Shown: piece by piece, positions 9,831-19,343 of the stretch
Layout of the letters: every line of letters starts with the position of its first letter
How positions within the stretch are numbered: the first letter of the stretch is position 1
Source of the DNA: Actinomycetota bacterium
GTDB lineage: Bacteria > Actinomycetota > UBA4738 > HRBIN12
Reading direction: 5' to 3'
Length of the DNA stretch: 64,000 nucleotides
Assembly (NCBI GenBank): GCA_040004125.1
Contig: JBDUBL010000001.1
Location: 3,850-67,849 of the forward strand
The notes under the pieces: model-generated
Seen by the model: the letters and a program-made list of their open reading frames with translations, nothing else
Databases searched by the model: none
Told to the model about the DNA's origin: nothing
Made by a program: the position numbers and the translations under genes

Positions 9831-10240
9831 GCGGGCTTCCCGTTACGGACGGCGGGCAGCGGCAAGATCACCACGTGCTCCGGCATCTGCATCCCTCGTT
9901 GTCTGGCCCATTGCATGATCCGCTGCGGCGAGGATGCCGCCGCCACTTGCTCGCGCAGCGTTGCCTGCTGCTCCTGCAACGAACTCAGGTTGGTCCGCAG
10001 ATCATCCACGTGAAAGCTGGTCTGTACCAGCAACGCAGACAATGAAGCGATGCCGATGACCAAGACGCCGGACATGACCGCGACCAGAACCCAGAACGCG
10101 ACGGGGGAGCCGCGGCGCGCCCGCCGATGAGGGTGGGGAGGGGTGGTGCGTGGCGGGCGCGCCGCGGGCGTGCGCGTGGGGCGCACACGGGTGTCCGGCA
10201 CGGGGGCGGGCGTTTGGAGCGTGCGGGCCGCCGTGCTCAT
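9827..10240 (-). CDS. ftsL: cell division protein FtsL-like: Pro/Arg-rich N-terminus, one TM helix, then a short coiled coil
   Basis: Lies between rsmH and ftsI with ATGA overlaps at both ends. Topology matches FtsL. Confidence 0.6.
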   Translation of the reverse strand: MSTAARTLQTPAPVPDTRVRPTRTPAARPPRTTPPHPHRRARRGSPVAFWVLVAVMSGVLVIGIASLSALLVQTSFHVDDLRTNLSSLQEQQATLREQVAAASSPQRIMQWARQRGMQMPEHVVILPLPAVRNGKPA

Positions 10241-11103
10241 GCTGCTTCCTCGATCCGCTCGGCCGCACGCAGCTTGGCGGCGCGCGAGCGGGGGTTCGAC
10301 ACGCGCTCCCCGTCGGTGGCGACCAGGGGCTTCTTGGTGAGGATGTGCCAGGCGGGGTCGTCACGGAAGGCGCGCTTGACGATACCGTCCTCCAGCGAGT
10401 GATAGGAGATGACCACCACGCGGCCGCCGGGACCGAGGAGCCCAGCCGCGTGCGGCAGGGCCGCGGTGAGCTCCTCGAGCTCCCGGTTGACCGCGATGCG
10501 GAGCGCCTGGAACGTTCGGCGTGCGGGGTGGGGGCCCCCCGGACGCCGTCCCACGGCACCCACGACGACCCCGGCGAGTTCGTCGGTCGTAGTGATCGGT
10601 CGTTTGCGAACGATCGCGGCGGCGATCCGGCGCGACTGCCGTTCGTCGCCGAAGCGATAGATCAGGTCGGCGAGTTCCCGCTCCGACAACCCGTTGACGA
10701 GGTCGGTCGCCGACGGCTCATCCGCGCTCGCCCCCGCCATGCGCATGTCCAGGGGGGCGTCTTCCCGGAAGGAGAATCCGCGTGCGGGCTCGTCCAGCTG
10801 CATCGACGACACCCCCAGATCGAAGAGCACGCCGCCGGCGGGCCCGCCCACGTCGTCCTCATCGATCTGGGAAAAGCGCGCCTGCACGACGCGCACGCGG
10901 TGACCAAAGGCCGCGAGGTGCTCGGTGGCGATGGCCAGCGCCGAGGGATCGCGGTCCACGCCGACGACCGACAGGACGCCGGCCTCGAGCAAGGCGGCGG
11001 CGTGCCCGCCGGCGCCCAGCGTCATGTCCACCACGACATCGGCGCCGCCCAGTATCTGCACGACTTCCTCGACCATGACGGGTCGGTGCGGGGGCTCGGT
11101 CAC
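10237..11103 (-). CDS. rsmH: 16S rRNA (cytosine1402-N4)-methyltransferase RsmH (MraW)
   Basis: SAM methyltransferase motifs (DMTLGAGGH, FDLGVSSMQLD, YHSLED) conserved in MraW. Confidence 0.9.
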   Translation of the reverse strand: MTEPPHRPVMVEEVVQILGGADVVVDMTLGAGGHAAALLEAGVLSVVGVDRDPSALAIATEHLAAFGHRVRVVQARFSQIDEDDVGGPAGGVLFDLGVSSMQLDEPARGFSFREDAPLDMRMAGASADEPSATDLVNGLSERELADLIYRFGDERQSRRIAAAIVRKRPITTTDELAGVVVGAVGRRPGGPHPARRTFQALRIAVNRELEELTAALPHAAGLLGPGGRVVVISYHSLEDGIVKRAFRDDPAWHILTKKPLVATDGERVSNPRSRAAKLRAAERIEEAA

Positions 11104-11234
11104 CCGACGTGTCCGACGAACAGCCCGAACGCGATCGATGCCGCGAGCGTGAGCACGGTCATCCCGATCAGCGACAGGCTCTGTCGCACCTCCGCTCCCA
11201 GCTTGCTGGGCGTTTCCTGGACCCTGCTGGCCAT
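11100..11234 (-). CDS. small (44 aa) single-TM protein encoded between mraZ and rsmH
   Basis: Internal ATG of ORF 11100..11312. It is preceded by TGA-AGGAGG-caacgtg-ATG, a consensus Shine-Dalgarno with a 7-nt spacer directly after the mraZ stop. Its stop overlaps the rsmH start (ATGA). One hydrophobic helix. Confidence 0.5.
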   Translation of the reverse strand: MASRVQETPSKLGAEVRQSLSLIGMTVLTLAASIAFGLFVGHVG

Positions 11235-11247
11235 CACGTTGCCTCCT

Positions 11248-11676
11248 TCATCGGTGGGTCTCAAGCGTCCCTGCTTGGTAGGCGCCGGTGTAGGCGGCCT
11301 CGTAGCGCTCATAGGTGGCTCGGTCCCAGATCTCCATGCGTTCCCGCACGCCCAGCACGATCACGTCCTTGCCGATGCCGACCGCCTCCCGCAATCGGCC
11401 GGGCAACGTGAGCCGTCCCTGGCTGTCGAGCTTCAGTTCGTCGGAAGACCCGAAGAACAACCGCGCGTACGCGCGGCCCGGCGCGTCGGAAAGGGGGGAC
11501 GCCGAGACCTCGCCGGCGCGGCGCTCCCATTCGACCCTGGGGAAGGCGAAGAGACAGCCGTCTTGACCGATCGTGATCCAGGCCCCGTCGACGAAGGCCT
11601 CGCGGAACCTCGCCGACAACGACAGCCGCCCTTTCGGGTCGAGCTGGTAGCTGTGCGTGCCGAGCAGTTCGGACAC
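11248..11676 (-). CDS. mraZ: transcriptional regulator MraZ
   Basis: Tandem MraZ repeats with the LDxKGRL motif (LDPKGRLSL and KLDSQGRLTLP). GTG start at 11676 with AGGGGAGGA upstream. The longer ORF start is just that SD sequence being translated. Confidence 0.85.
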   Translation of the reverse strand: MSELLGTHSYQLDPKGRLSLSARFREAFVDGAWITIGQDGCLFAFPRVEWERRAGEVSASPLSDAPGRAYARLFFGSSDELKLDSQGRLTLPGRLREAVGIGKDVIVLGVRERMEIWDRATYERYEAAYTGAYQAGTLETHR

Positions 11677-11750
11677 GCGTCCTCCCCTTTCCTCCACTGT
11701 GGCCCCCGTTTATGCCACCTACACTCCACTTCGTCAACATGGTCTGCGCC

Positions 11751-11779
11751 CGAACTGTTGTTCGAACGGCCGTTTGAAC
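11751..11779. promoter_or_regulatory. Cheo/LexA-box-like palindrome cCGAAC-TGTT-GTTCGAAC-GGCC-GTTTGAAC in the mraZ promoter region. It also reads as three 12-bp-phased GTTCRRAC direct repeats on the minus strand
   Basis: Seen at ~11751-11779, about 75-100 nt upstream of the mraZ start. GAAC-N4-GTTC core with TCGAAC-like flanks. Confidence 0.35.
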
Positions 11780-11830
11780 ATGGCGAAGCGGCCGGAAAGC
11801 ACTGGAGAGGGGCGCCGCGAGGTGGTGGTG

Positions 11831-12313
11831 TTAGGTGAGGTAGGGCTCCCAGCCCGGTTCAACCAGGCCGAGGGTCAGGCGGAAGCCGTCGGATGGCGCG
11901 AAGGGCGACCGCGTGAGATGGAATCCGGCCTCCGCAGGGGTGCGATCCATCTTCTTGGCGTTGCAGCGCCGGCAGGCGGCCACGACGTTCTCCCAGACAT
12001 GGAGTCCGCCACGAGAACGAGGCACCACGTGGTCGAGGTTCTCCGCGGTCGCGCCGCAGTACTGGCACGCCCAGGCATCGCGCGCGAACACGGCCCGGCG
12101 CGTGAGCGGTGCGTGCTGTCGATACGGAACGCGCACGAATCGGCGCAGCCGTACGACCGAGGGCGCATCCAGGTGCAGCCGCTCGCTGCGGAAGATCGCG
12201 CCGTTGGACACAACGACGTCGGCTTTCTCCTTGAGCACGAGCACGACCGCCCGTCTCGCGGGAAGCACCGCGAGGGGCACCTCGGTTACGTTCAGGACGA
12301 GCGCCCTTCCCAT
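11831..12313 (-). CDS. HNH endonuclease family protein
   Basis: HNH motif: CQYCG...DHVVPRSRGG...NVVAACRRCNAKK. Confidence 0.7.
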   Translation of the reverse strand: MGRALVLNVTEVPLAVLPARRAVVLVLKEKADVVVSNGAIFRSERLHLDAPSVVRLRRFVRVPYRQHAPLTRRAVFARDAWACQYCGATAENLDHVVPRSRGGLHVWENVVAACRRCNAKKMDRTPAEAGFHLTRSPFAPSDGFRLTLGLVEPGWEPYLT

Positions 12314-12577
12314 GGAGGGAGTCTACGGCTCGCCGGGTGAATCACAAGCGTGTAACCTTGCCCCTGGGGCCGGCCCGGTCGGGATGCCTGGAGTTGCGAA
12401 CAGGGGCCGCGCGGGGCGTCCGCACGTCCGGGTCGGTCCCTCTCTTCCACCGCTCCGTCCGCTCCCCTGCGGCAACGACGTCGCCGTGCGGCGCTCGATC
12501 CACGACGGTTACGCAACTTCGAAGGGGGCGTACCATAGAGCGCAACCACGAGCGCGTCGAGCACACGGGGGTCACGG

Positions 12578-13552
12578 TTGGAGCTGCGCGAAGAAGCACT
12601 CGACTGGCAGTCCTTCGGCGATCGGTTCAGCGCGCTCGAACACAATATCGAGAAGGTCGTGCGCGGCAAACACCCGCAGATCCGGCTGGCGCTCGTCGCC
12701 TTGGTCGCCGAGGGCCATCTGCTGATCGAAGACGTCCCCGGGGTCGGCAAGACGATGCTCGCCAAAGCGCTGGCCAGGTCCATCGACTGCTCGTTCCGGC
12801 GGATCCAGTTCACCCCCGACATGCTGCCCACCGACATCACCGGCGTGAACGTGTTCAATCAGGAACGCGGCGACTTCGAGTTCCGCCCGGGAGCGGTCTT
12901 CGCCAACGTGGTCCTGGGCGATGAGATCAACCGCGCCTCCCCCAAGACCCAGTCCGCTCTGCTGGAGTGTATGGAGGAGCGCCAGGTCACGATCGATGCC
13001 GAGACCCATACCCTCGGCACGCCGTTCATCGTGGTTGCGACGCAGAACCCCGTGGAGCACGAGGGCACCTATCCGCTGCCCGAGGCACAGCTCGACCGGT
13101 TCATGATGCGGTTGTCCGTGGGCTATCCCACGGCCGAGATCGAATCGGAGATCCTAGCCAGCCACAGCGTTGGGGAGCCGCTGGCCGAGATCACGTCGGT
13201 CTGCGATGCGATGGCGGTCGCCGAGCTGATCGCACAGGCGCAGCGGGTGCACGTTGCCCCCGCGATCCGCTCCTATATCGTCAGCCTGGCCGAGGCCTCG
13301 CGCCAGCACGCCGACGTCTTCCTCGGGGCGAGCCCGCGTGCGTCGATCATGCTGTTGCGTGCGGCCCGTGCTTACGCGGCCGCCGACCGGCGTGATTTCG
13401 TCATCCCCGACGACGTGAAAGCGCTCGCGATCCCGGTGCTCGGTCACCGGATCATCGTCACGGCCGATGCGTCGATGAACGGACGCGATACCGCGGCGGT
13501 GATCGAGGACATCCTCGCGAGCGTCGACGTTCCGGTCTCGGAGCGGGAATGA
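12578..13552 (+). CDS. moxR: MoxR-family AAA+ ATPase
   Basis: Walker A GVGKT, Walker B VVLGDEINRASPKTQSALLE, plus the MoxR C-terminal domain. Confidence 0.9.
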   Translation: MELREEALDWQSFGDRFSALEHNIEKVVRGKHPQIRLALVALVAEGHLLIEDVPGVGKTMLAKALARSIDCSFRRIQFTPDMLPTDITGVNVFNQERGDFEFRPGAVFANVVLGDEINRASPKTQSALLECMEERQVTIDAETHTLGTPFIVVATQNPVEHEGTYPLPEAQLDRFMMRLSVGYPTAEIESEILASHSVGEPLAEITSVCDAMAVAELIAQAQRVHVAPAIRSYIVSLAEASRQHADVFLGASPRASIMLLRAARAYAAADRRDFVIPDDVKALAIPVLGHRIIVTADASMNGRDTAAVIEDILASVDVPVSERE

Positions 13553-14781
13553 CGCTCACGCCGCGCGGGATCAGTGTGGCCGTCGCGGGGGTCTTGATGT
13601 GGCTGACGGCCCGGTTCCTCGGGTCCCCCGGACTCGAGGTGATCGCGATCGGCCTGCTCGCGCTCCCGTTCATCGCCGGTGCCAACCTGCGATGGGGCAA
13701 CCGGGCGGTCTCGGTCGGCCGGCACCTGTCCGATGCGCGAGTCACCCCCGGCACGCGGGTCACGGTGCGGCTCGATGTGTCGAACCCGTCGGGGGGATCG
13801 ACTTCGTTCCTGCTCTTGGAAGATCGCCTGCCGCCGGCGCTCGGCAGACCGGCTCGCCTCGTGGTCACCGGCGTCGGGCCCAGGGGTACGCAACGCGTGT
13901 CGTACTCGATCGTTCCACAGACGCGAGGCCGCTACGGGATCGGACCGCTCACCGTGGACCGGACCGACGCGTTCGGCCTCACGCGCCGGCGCATCGTGCT
14001 GGAGGGCCGCGAGGAACTTTTGGTCACACCCGAGATCGAGGATCTGCGGGTCCCTGCCGACGCGGCGAGTGGCAGCAACCTCGGCAGCCAGCGAGCGCGG
14101 CAGTTGCTCCGAAGCGGCGAGGAGTACTACACGATGCGCGGCTACCAGGAGGGTGACGACCTGCGTCGCATCCACTGGCCGTCCGTCGCTCGCACGGGTG
14201 AGCTGATGATCCGACAGGACGAGGCCTCGAGACGGACCGGAGCGCTGATCTACCTGGACAGTCGGGAGGCGACGCTCGGGCCCGCCCGAGGGCCTGCGTT
14301 CGAGCGCGCGATCTCGTGCGCGGCAAGCGTCGGCGCGCTGTTCGCGCGCAACGGCTTCACGTTGCAATTGGGAGCCGACGAGACGCCGATCCACGCGGTG
14401 ACCGAAGAGCTTTTCCTCGACACGCTATCGGGGCTCTCGCACGGCCGCGGGCGCACGATCGCGCGCGCGTTGACCGCGCTGCGGGTCGCGGGCGGGGCCG
14501 ACACCTCGCTCGTGTACATCGCAGCGCCGCCTGCCCCACAGGAACTGCCGCAGCTGGTCCGGGCGGGCGGCGGGTTCGGACCGAAACTGGCGATCCTCGT
14601 GCACCCGGTCGATCCCGCGACCGCGCCGGTGAATCGCCGCACCCAATTGGAAACGCGGGCGACGCAAGCCCATCTCACGCTGATCCGGGCAGGCTGGGAC
14701 TGCCTGGTACTCACCCCGACGACGAGGTTGCGAGAACGATGGCACACACCCCGGGCACACCGGCGCGCATCCAGCGCCTGA
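13549..14781 (+). CDS. DUF58 (vWA-like) protein, MoxR partner
   Basis: DUF58 signature region (QEGDDLRRIHWPSVARTGELMIRQDE). ATGA overlap with moxR. Confidence 0.8.
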   Translation: MTLTPRGISVAVAGVLMWLTARFLGSPGLEVIAIGLLALPFIAGANLRWGNRAVSVGRHLSDARVTPGTRVTVRLDVSNPSGGSTSFLLLEDRLPPALGRPARLVVTGVGPRGTQRVSYSIVPQTRGRYGIGPLTVDRTDAFGLTRRRIVLEGREELLVTPEIEDLRVPADAASGSNLGSQRARQLLRSGEEYYTMRGYQEGDDLRRIHWPSVARTGELMIRQDEASRRTGALIYLDSREATLGPARGPAFERAISCAASVGALFARNGFTLQLGADETPIHAVTEELFLDTLSGLSHGRGRTIARALTALRVAGGADTSLVYIAAPPAPQELPQLVRAGGGFGPKLAILVHPVDPATAPVNRRTQLETRATQAHLTLIRAGWDCLVLTPTTRLRERWHTPRAHRRASSA

Positions 14782-16997
14782 GCGCACTCGTAGCGATCGT
14801 CGCCGTCGCGTTCGCGATCGCGCTGGCGTTCGGCCGCATCCTGCAAGGCTCCGGCGCGACATCCCGCCTGCTCGCCGTGGGATTGGCCTCCGGTGCGATC
14901 GCGTGGGCCACCGAACGCCGAGGCATGCTGCTGGCGACCGTCTGCAGCGCCGCCGGCCTGCTGCTGGCGCTTACGTGGCTAGCCGCCCCGCACACGACGT
15001 GGTTCGGATTGCCGACGATCGAGACCCTGCGCACCCTCGGCTCTTTGGCCACCCAGGTCGGCGGGCAGGCGCGCGAGTACGTGTCACCCGCACCCGCAAC
15101 GCCCGCATTGATCCTCGCCGGCACGATCGCGGTGTGGGCGGCGGTGTTCTCCTGCTTCGCGCTCGCGTTTCGGGCACAGAGCCCATTGCTCGCCCTCGTC
15201 CCCCCGCTGGCTCTCATCGTGTTCGCCGACAGCGTGCTCGAGGAGATCGTCCGTCCGGTGTTCGGCGTGTGGTTCCTCATAGCCGCGCTCGCCGTGTTGT
15301 TCGCCGATTCGTTACGTCGCATCCGCGGATGGGGGCCGGTCTGGTCGCCCACCGCGACGCGCGACCGGTTGTTCCCCGCAGCCGGGCGCAACGCGCGCCG
15401 CGTCGGCCTGACGGCGGTGACGGTGGCCGCCCTCGCCCCGCTGTTGGTGCCGGGCTTCGGCACGAAGCCGGTCTGGGACCTCTCCTCGATCAACAGCGAC
15501 GGACGGATCCGCGTGAGCCCGTTGGTGTCGATGGGTGCCATCCTCAACCAGTCCCGAGACAGCAACCAGGAGGTCGTCCGGGTGCAGACCGATCACCCGA
15601 CCTATTGGCGGATGGAGTCTCTCAGCGTGTTCGACGGCAACACTTGGGAGGCCGCGCCCGATGACGGCGTCGCGCTGCAGTCCGGTCAATCGATCCCGAA
15701 CGGGCTCGCGTCCGGCCTCCCGCTGACCCAGACGTTCACGGTGAGCAAGGACCTTGGGTTCTCGTGGCTCCTGGGCGCGGCCGATCCGACGTCGATCACG
15801 ATCGATCACCAGGTGACCTGGCATCCCGCATCGTCGTCGCTGCAGATGGACGGATGGCCCGATCAAGGGGAGAGCTACACGGTGACGTCGTTGCGGGCCG
15901 ATCCGAGCGCCGATGATCTGCGCACGGCCGGCGTGGCGCAGGAGCCGGGAAGCATGGTGCAGCTTCCTGCCGACATCCCCCCGGTGATCGCGGCGACGGC
16001 CCTGGACTGGACCCGGGGCGCGAAGACCGACTACGACCGTGTGATGGCCATCGCCACCAACCTGACCAACGGCCAATTCGCCTATAGCCTGGATGTCGAC
16101 TATAAGGACGACTCGACGTCGTTGGCGTATTTCCTGACGACGAGTAAGCGCGGTTTCTGTCAGCAGTTCGCCAGTCTGATGGCGGTCATGCTGCGGAGCC
16201 TGCCCCATCCGATCGCTTCGCGAGTCGCGCTCGGCTTCACGCCGGGCACACCGGTCGGCGGAGCCAGCTCCTCCTATGCGGTCACGATGCGCAACTACCA
16301 CAGCTGGGTCGAGGTGCCGTTCCAGGGGTACGGATGGCTCTCGTTCGATCCGACGCCGGGGTTCGTCGACCCCGCCGCCTCGGGGTATCAACAACTCAAG
16401 GGGGCAGGGGATGTGTCGTGTCCGCCGGGCGGCCACGGGTGCGGTAGTAACCTCAAGGGCGGGACGGGGCTGACCGGTCCGCACGGCGGGCTGACCCCCA
16501 AGGACCCGACCGTGGCCCAGCAGGGGAACGGAGACCTCTCGGCGCTCACCCCGCCATCGGCGAAGCGTTCTGTCCCGTTGAGCATCATCGCGACGACGCT
16601 CGCCCTTCTCGGCCTCATCGCGGCGCTCTCGATCCCACTGCTCCGCCGAGCCTCGCGGCGATCGCGCTTGCACGCCGCGCATAACCCTCGGACCCTGATC
16701 CTGGCCACGTACGACGTGTTCGGGGAGCGGGCCGGTGAGCTCGGCTGGGCTCGGTCGCCCGGCGAGACACCGGAGGAGTTCCGCCGCAGGCTGGCATCCA
16801 GCGGGGCCTTTGCCGACGAGAACGACGCGCAGCTCGCTCGCATGACCACCGCGGTCGTGCTGGCGGCCTACGCCCCGGGGCGGCCAGATGACGCCGCCGC
16901 GACGGACATGGCCTCGGATAGTGACGGTGTGCTTCGAGAGCTTCGGGACGCGGCGCCGTTGCGTCAGCGCGTGCTGGGTCTGTATCGGCGGGACTGA
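14739..16997 (+). CDS. transglutaminase-like membrane protein (TgpA/DUF3488-type)
   Basis: N-terminal multi-TM region and a transglutaminase core (KRGFCQQFASLMAVMLRSLP ... YHSWVEV ... FDPT). Start at the internal ATG (MAHTPGTPARIQRLSALVAIVAV). It overlaps the DUF58 gene by ~43 nt. Confidence 0.8.
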   Translation: MAHTPGTPARIQRLSALVAIVAVAFAIALAFGRILQGSGATSRLLAVGLASGAIAWATERRGMLLATVCSAAGLLLALTWLAAPHTTWFGLPTIETLRTLGSLATQVGGQAREYVSPAPATPALILAGTIAVWAAVFSCFALAFRAQSPLLALVPPLALIVFADSVLEEIVRPVFGVWFLIAALAVLFADSLRRIRGWGPVWSPTATRDRLFPAAGRNARRVGLTAVTVAALAPLLVPGFGTKPVWDLSSINSDGRIRVSPLVSMGAILNQSRDSNQEVVRVQTDHPTYWRMESLSVFDGNTWEAAPDDGVALQSGQSIPNGLASGLPLTQTFTVSKDLGFSWLLGAADPTSITIDHQVTWHPASSSLQMDGWPDQGESYTVTSLRADPSADDLRTAGVAQEPGSMVQLPADIPPVIAATALDWTRGAKTDYDRVMAIATNLTNGQFAYSLDVDYKDDSTSLAYFLTTSKRGFCQQFASLMAVMLRSLPHPIASRVALGFTPGTPVGGASSSYAVTMRNYHSWVEVPFQGYGWLSFDPTPGFVDPAASGYQQLKGAGDVSCPPGGHGCGSNLKGGTGLTGPHGGLTPKDPTVAQQGNGDLSALTPPSAKRSVPLSIIATTLALLGLIAALSIPLLRRASRRSRLHAAHNPRTLILATYDVFGERAGELGWARSPGETPEEFRRRLASSGAFADENDAQLARMTTAVVLAAYAPGRPDDAAATDMASDSDGVLRELRDAAPLRQRVLGLYRRD

Positions 16998-17003
16998 CGA
17001 GAC

Positions 17004-17486
17004 CTAAGAGCCGGTTGCCGTGACGACCGCGGCCTGGCGCAGCGCCCGCACGAAGCGCTCTCGGTCCTCCTGGAAGGACCGCACGTTGGAGTCAACCGAG
17101 GTCGCGATGTCGTCGATCGCCACGAAGAAGGCCATCTGACCCTCTTTCAGGGCGTCCATGACCTCGCCGTCGCGGCGACAGATCTTGAAGATGCTTTGAC
17201 CGTCGGTCACCAGCTGAACCTCGGACAGATGCTGGTCGAGGCCGGCGCGCTTGTTGAGGAACTCCCACGATCGACGCACGCGCTGCAGCGACATGCCACC
17301 GTCGAGCAGCGATTTCACGACACGGAGCGCCACGAGGTCGCGGAAGGCATACAAGCGAGGAACGCCGGGGCGACCACCGGTGCCTTGCACCGCGGGTGAC
17401 ACTAGACCGATCTGATCCCAATAGCGGAGCTGACGGGCGGAACAGCCGGTGAACTTGCTTGCTTGGTGAGCGGTGAACCCCTCCAT
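17004..17486 (-). CDS. MerR-family transcriptional regulator
   Basis: N-terminal MerR HTH (ASKFTGCSARQLRYWDQIGLV). Confidence 0.75.
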   Translation of the reverse strand: MEGFTAHQASKFTGCSARQLRYWDQIGLVSPAVQGTGGRPGVPRLYAFRDLVALRVVKSLLDGGMSLQRVRRSWEFLNKRAGLDQHLSEVQLVTDGQSIFKICRRDGEVMDALKEGQMAFFVAIDDIATSVDSNVRSFQEDRERFVRALRQAAVVTATGS

Positions 17487-17699
17487 GCGAACGCCCGTCC
17501 TCCGTTCCCGATCCTCGCCAACTCACGCATCCGGGCGCCGCCTTGCGCGGAGAGGAAGGAACACATCCGGCTGTTGCGTGTCGCACGCCCCCATGGGGAA
17601 GGGGAACCCGTTGTACACCGCGCGTTCACTCGGTGGCAAGCGTCGAGCTAGGGACGCATGCGCGCGTCTTCGTTCGTGCTCGCCGAGGCGGCGGGAACA

Positions 17700-18050
17700 C
17701 TACGGACGACGGAAGCGAGATGCGATCCGACCGAGCAGACCCGACAGGGTGGAGCCATCGTTTTGCATCAGGCGGAGCTGGTCGCGACCCAGCTGTCCGA
17801 CGTAGCGGTACAACAGCACCGCCGACAACACCGTGATGACGAATCCCGCCGCAGCCACGAGCACCGACCAGACGAAGAGCATGATCATCACGAGACCCGC
17901 GACGAACGCGATCGATGCCCAGCGGATACGCCGCGCCAGATGGGTATACAGGTCGGTACGGCCCACCTGTTCGACGAACGCGGGGTCGTCTTCGGTCAGG
18001 CGTCGCTCGATCTCGTCGAGGATGCGTTGTTCGTGATCGTTCAGTGGCAT
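17700..18050 (-). CDS. DUF3040 domain membrane protein
   Basis: MPLNDHEQRILDEIERRL motif followed by two TM helices. A small protein family conserved in actinobacteria. Confidence 0.65.
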   Translation of the reverse strand: MPLNDHEQRILDEIERRLTEDDPAFVEQVGRTDLYTHLARRIRWASIAFVAGLVMIMLFVWSVLVAAAGFVITVLSAVLLYRYVGQLGRDQLRLMQNDGSTLSGLLGRIASRFRRP

Positions 18051-18079
18051 TGATCCTCCGGCCGATCGGGGTGCGACCG

Positions 18080-19333
18080 CTATCGATTATAGGAAGGACC
18101 TGCGGAAGGTGGAACGAAAGATACGGATCGTTGTGGTTTGGGCTCGGGCGGTTGCACGCGTTCATCCCGACGATCTAACAGGGTGGCTTGTGTCGCAGCG
18201 CCTTTGCCGAACCGCCGCTCGATGCGATCCATCGCGCGTTCGACGTCGCCCCAACGCTCGCCACGGAGCAATGCGAGCTGTTCGGCGCCCGCTTGTTGCA
18301 GACCGGACCCCTGGACACCCAGCAAACGCACCCGGCGACCCGCTCCCGGGAGGGCCCGATAAAGTTCTGCGACCACGTGATAGAGGTCGGCGCCGATGTC
18401 GGTCGCGTCCGAGAGCGTGCGAGCCCGCGACAGGGTCGTGAAGTTCGCGAGACGTACCTTGAGGGTCACGGTGCGGGCTCGATAACCATCGTCGCGCAGC
18501 CGCGACGCCACGCGCCCCGACAGGTGCAACAGCTCGCGCAGGATCTCGCCCGTATCGTCTAGGTCACGCTCGAAGGTCTCCTCGTGCCCGACGGACTTCG
18601 GCGCCTCGTAGGGGATCACCGATCGATCGTCGATGCCGTGGGCCAGCTCGGTCAGATGTCGGGTCGAGACCTCACCGATCAGACGTTCCAGCACCGCCGG
18701 TGGTGTTCGCGCGAGGTCACCGATCGTCCGGATGGCCAAGCGCCCCAACAGTTCGGTGGTCTTCGCGCCGACACCCCACAGGCGTCCGACCGGCAACGGG
18801 TCTAGGAACGCGAGCGTCTGTTCTACCGGCACGTGCACGAGCGCGTCGGGTTTGCGGTGATCGGACGCGAGCTTCGCGACGAACTTCGTGGCCGCGACGC
18901 CCGCAGAGCATGTGACGCCGACCTCGGCCGCGACCTCGCCGCGGATCTTCTCGGCGATCTGCGACGGCTCGCCGAACAACGTCGTTGCGCCGCTCACATC
19001 GAGGAAAGCCTCATCGAGTGAGATCGGCTCGACCAACGGGGTGTGTGCGAGCAAGACCTCACGGAAGCGGTTGGAGTGCATCCGGTAGGCCTCGAAGTCC
19101 GGCGGCAGGAACACCGCGTCGGGACAAAGCCTCCGGGCGCGCACCGACGGCATCGCGGAGTGCACTCCGGCCCGGCGGGCTTCGTAGGAGGCGCTGGACA
19201 CGACGCCGCGCGGTCCCGTGCCCCCGACCACCACGGGCTTGCCGCGCAAGGAGGGGTCCTTCAGCACCTCGACCCCGGCGTAGAATGCGTCGAGATCGAC
19301 ATGCAGGATCGGCTCGAGCGGCCGGATCGTCAT
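18080..19333 (-). CDS. dinB: DNA polymerase IV (Y-family) DinB
   Basis: ILHVDLDAFYAGVE ... SIDEAFLD motifs. Start at the internal ATG (MTIRPLEP), 11 nt after the dnaE2 stop, so the two are co-transcribed. Confidence 0.9.
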   Translation of the reverse strand: MTIRPLEPILHVDLDAFYAGVEVLKDPSLRGKPVVVGGTGPRGVVSSASYEARRAGVHSAMPSVRARRLCPDAVFLPPDFEAYRMHSNRFREVLLAHTPLVEPISLDEAFLDVSGATTLFGEPSQIAEKIRGEVAAEVGVTCSAGVAATKFVAKLASDHRKPDALVHVPVEQTLAFLDPLPVGRLWGVGAKTTELLGRLAIRTIGDLARTPPAVLERLIGEVSTRHLTELAHGIDDRSVIPYEAPKSVGHEETFERDLDDTGEILRELLHLSGRVASRLRDDGYRARTVTLKVRLANFTTLSRARTLSDATDIGADLYHVVAELYRALPGAGRRVRLLGVQGSGLQQAGAEQLALLRGERWGDVERAMDRIERRFGKGAATQATLLDRRDERVQPPEPKPQRSVSFVPPSAGPSYNR

Positions 19334-19343
19334 CCCTGACACC

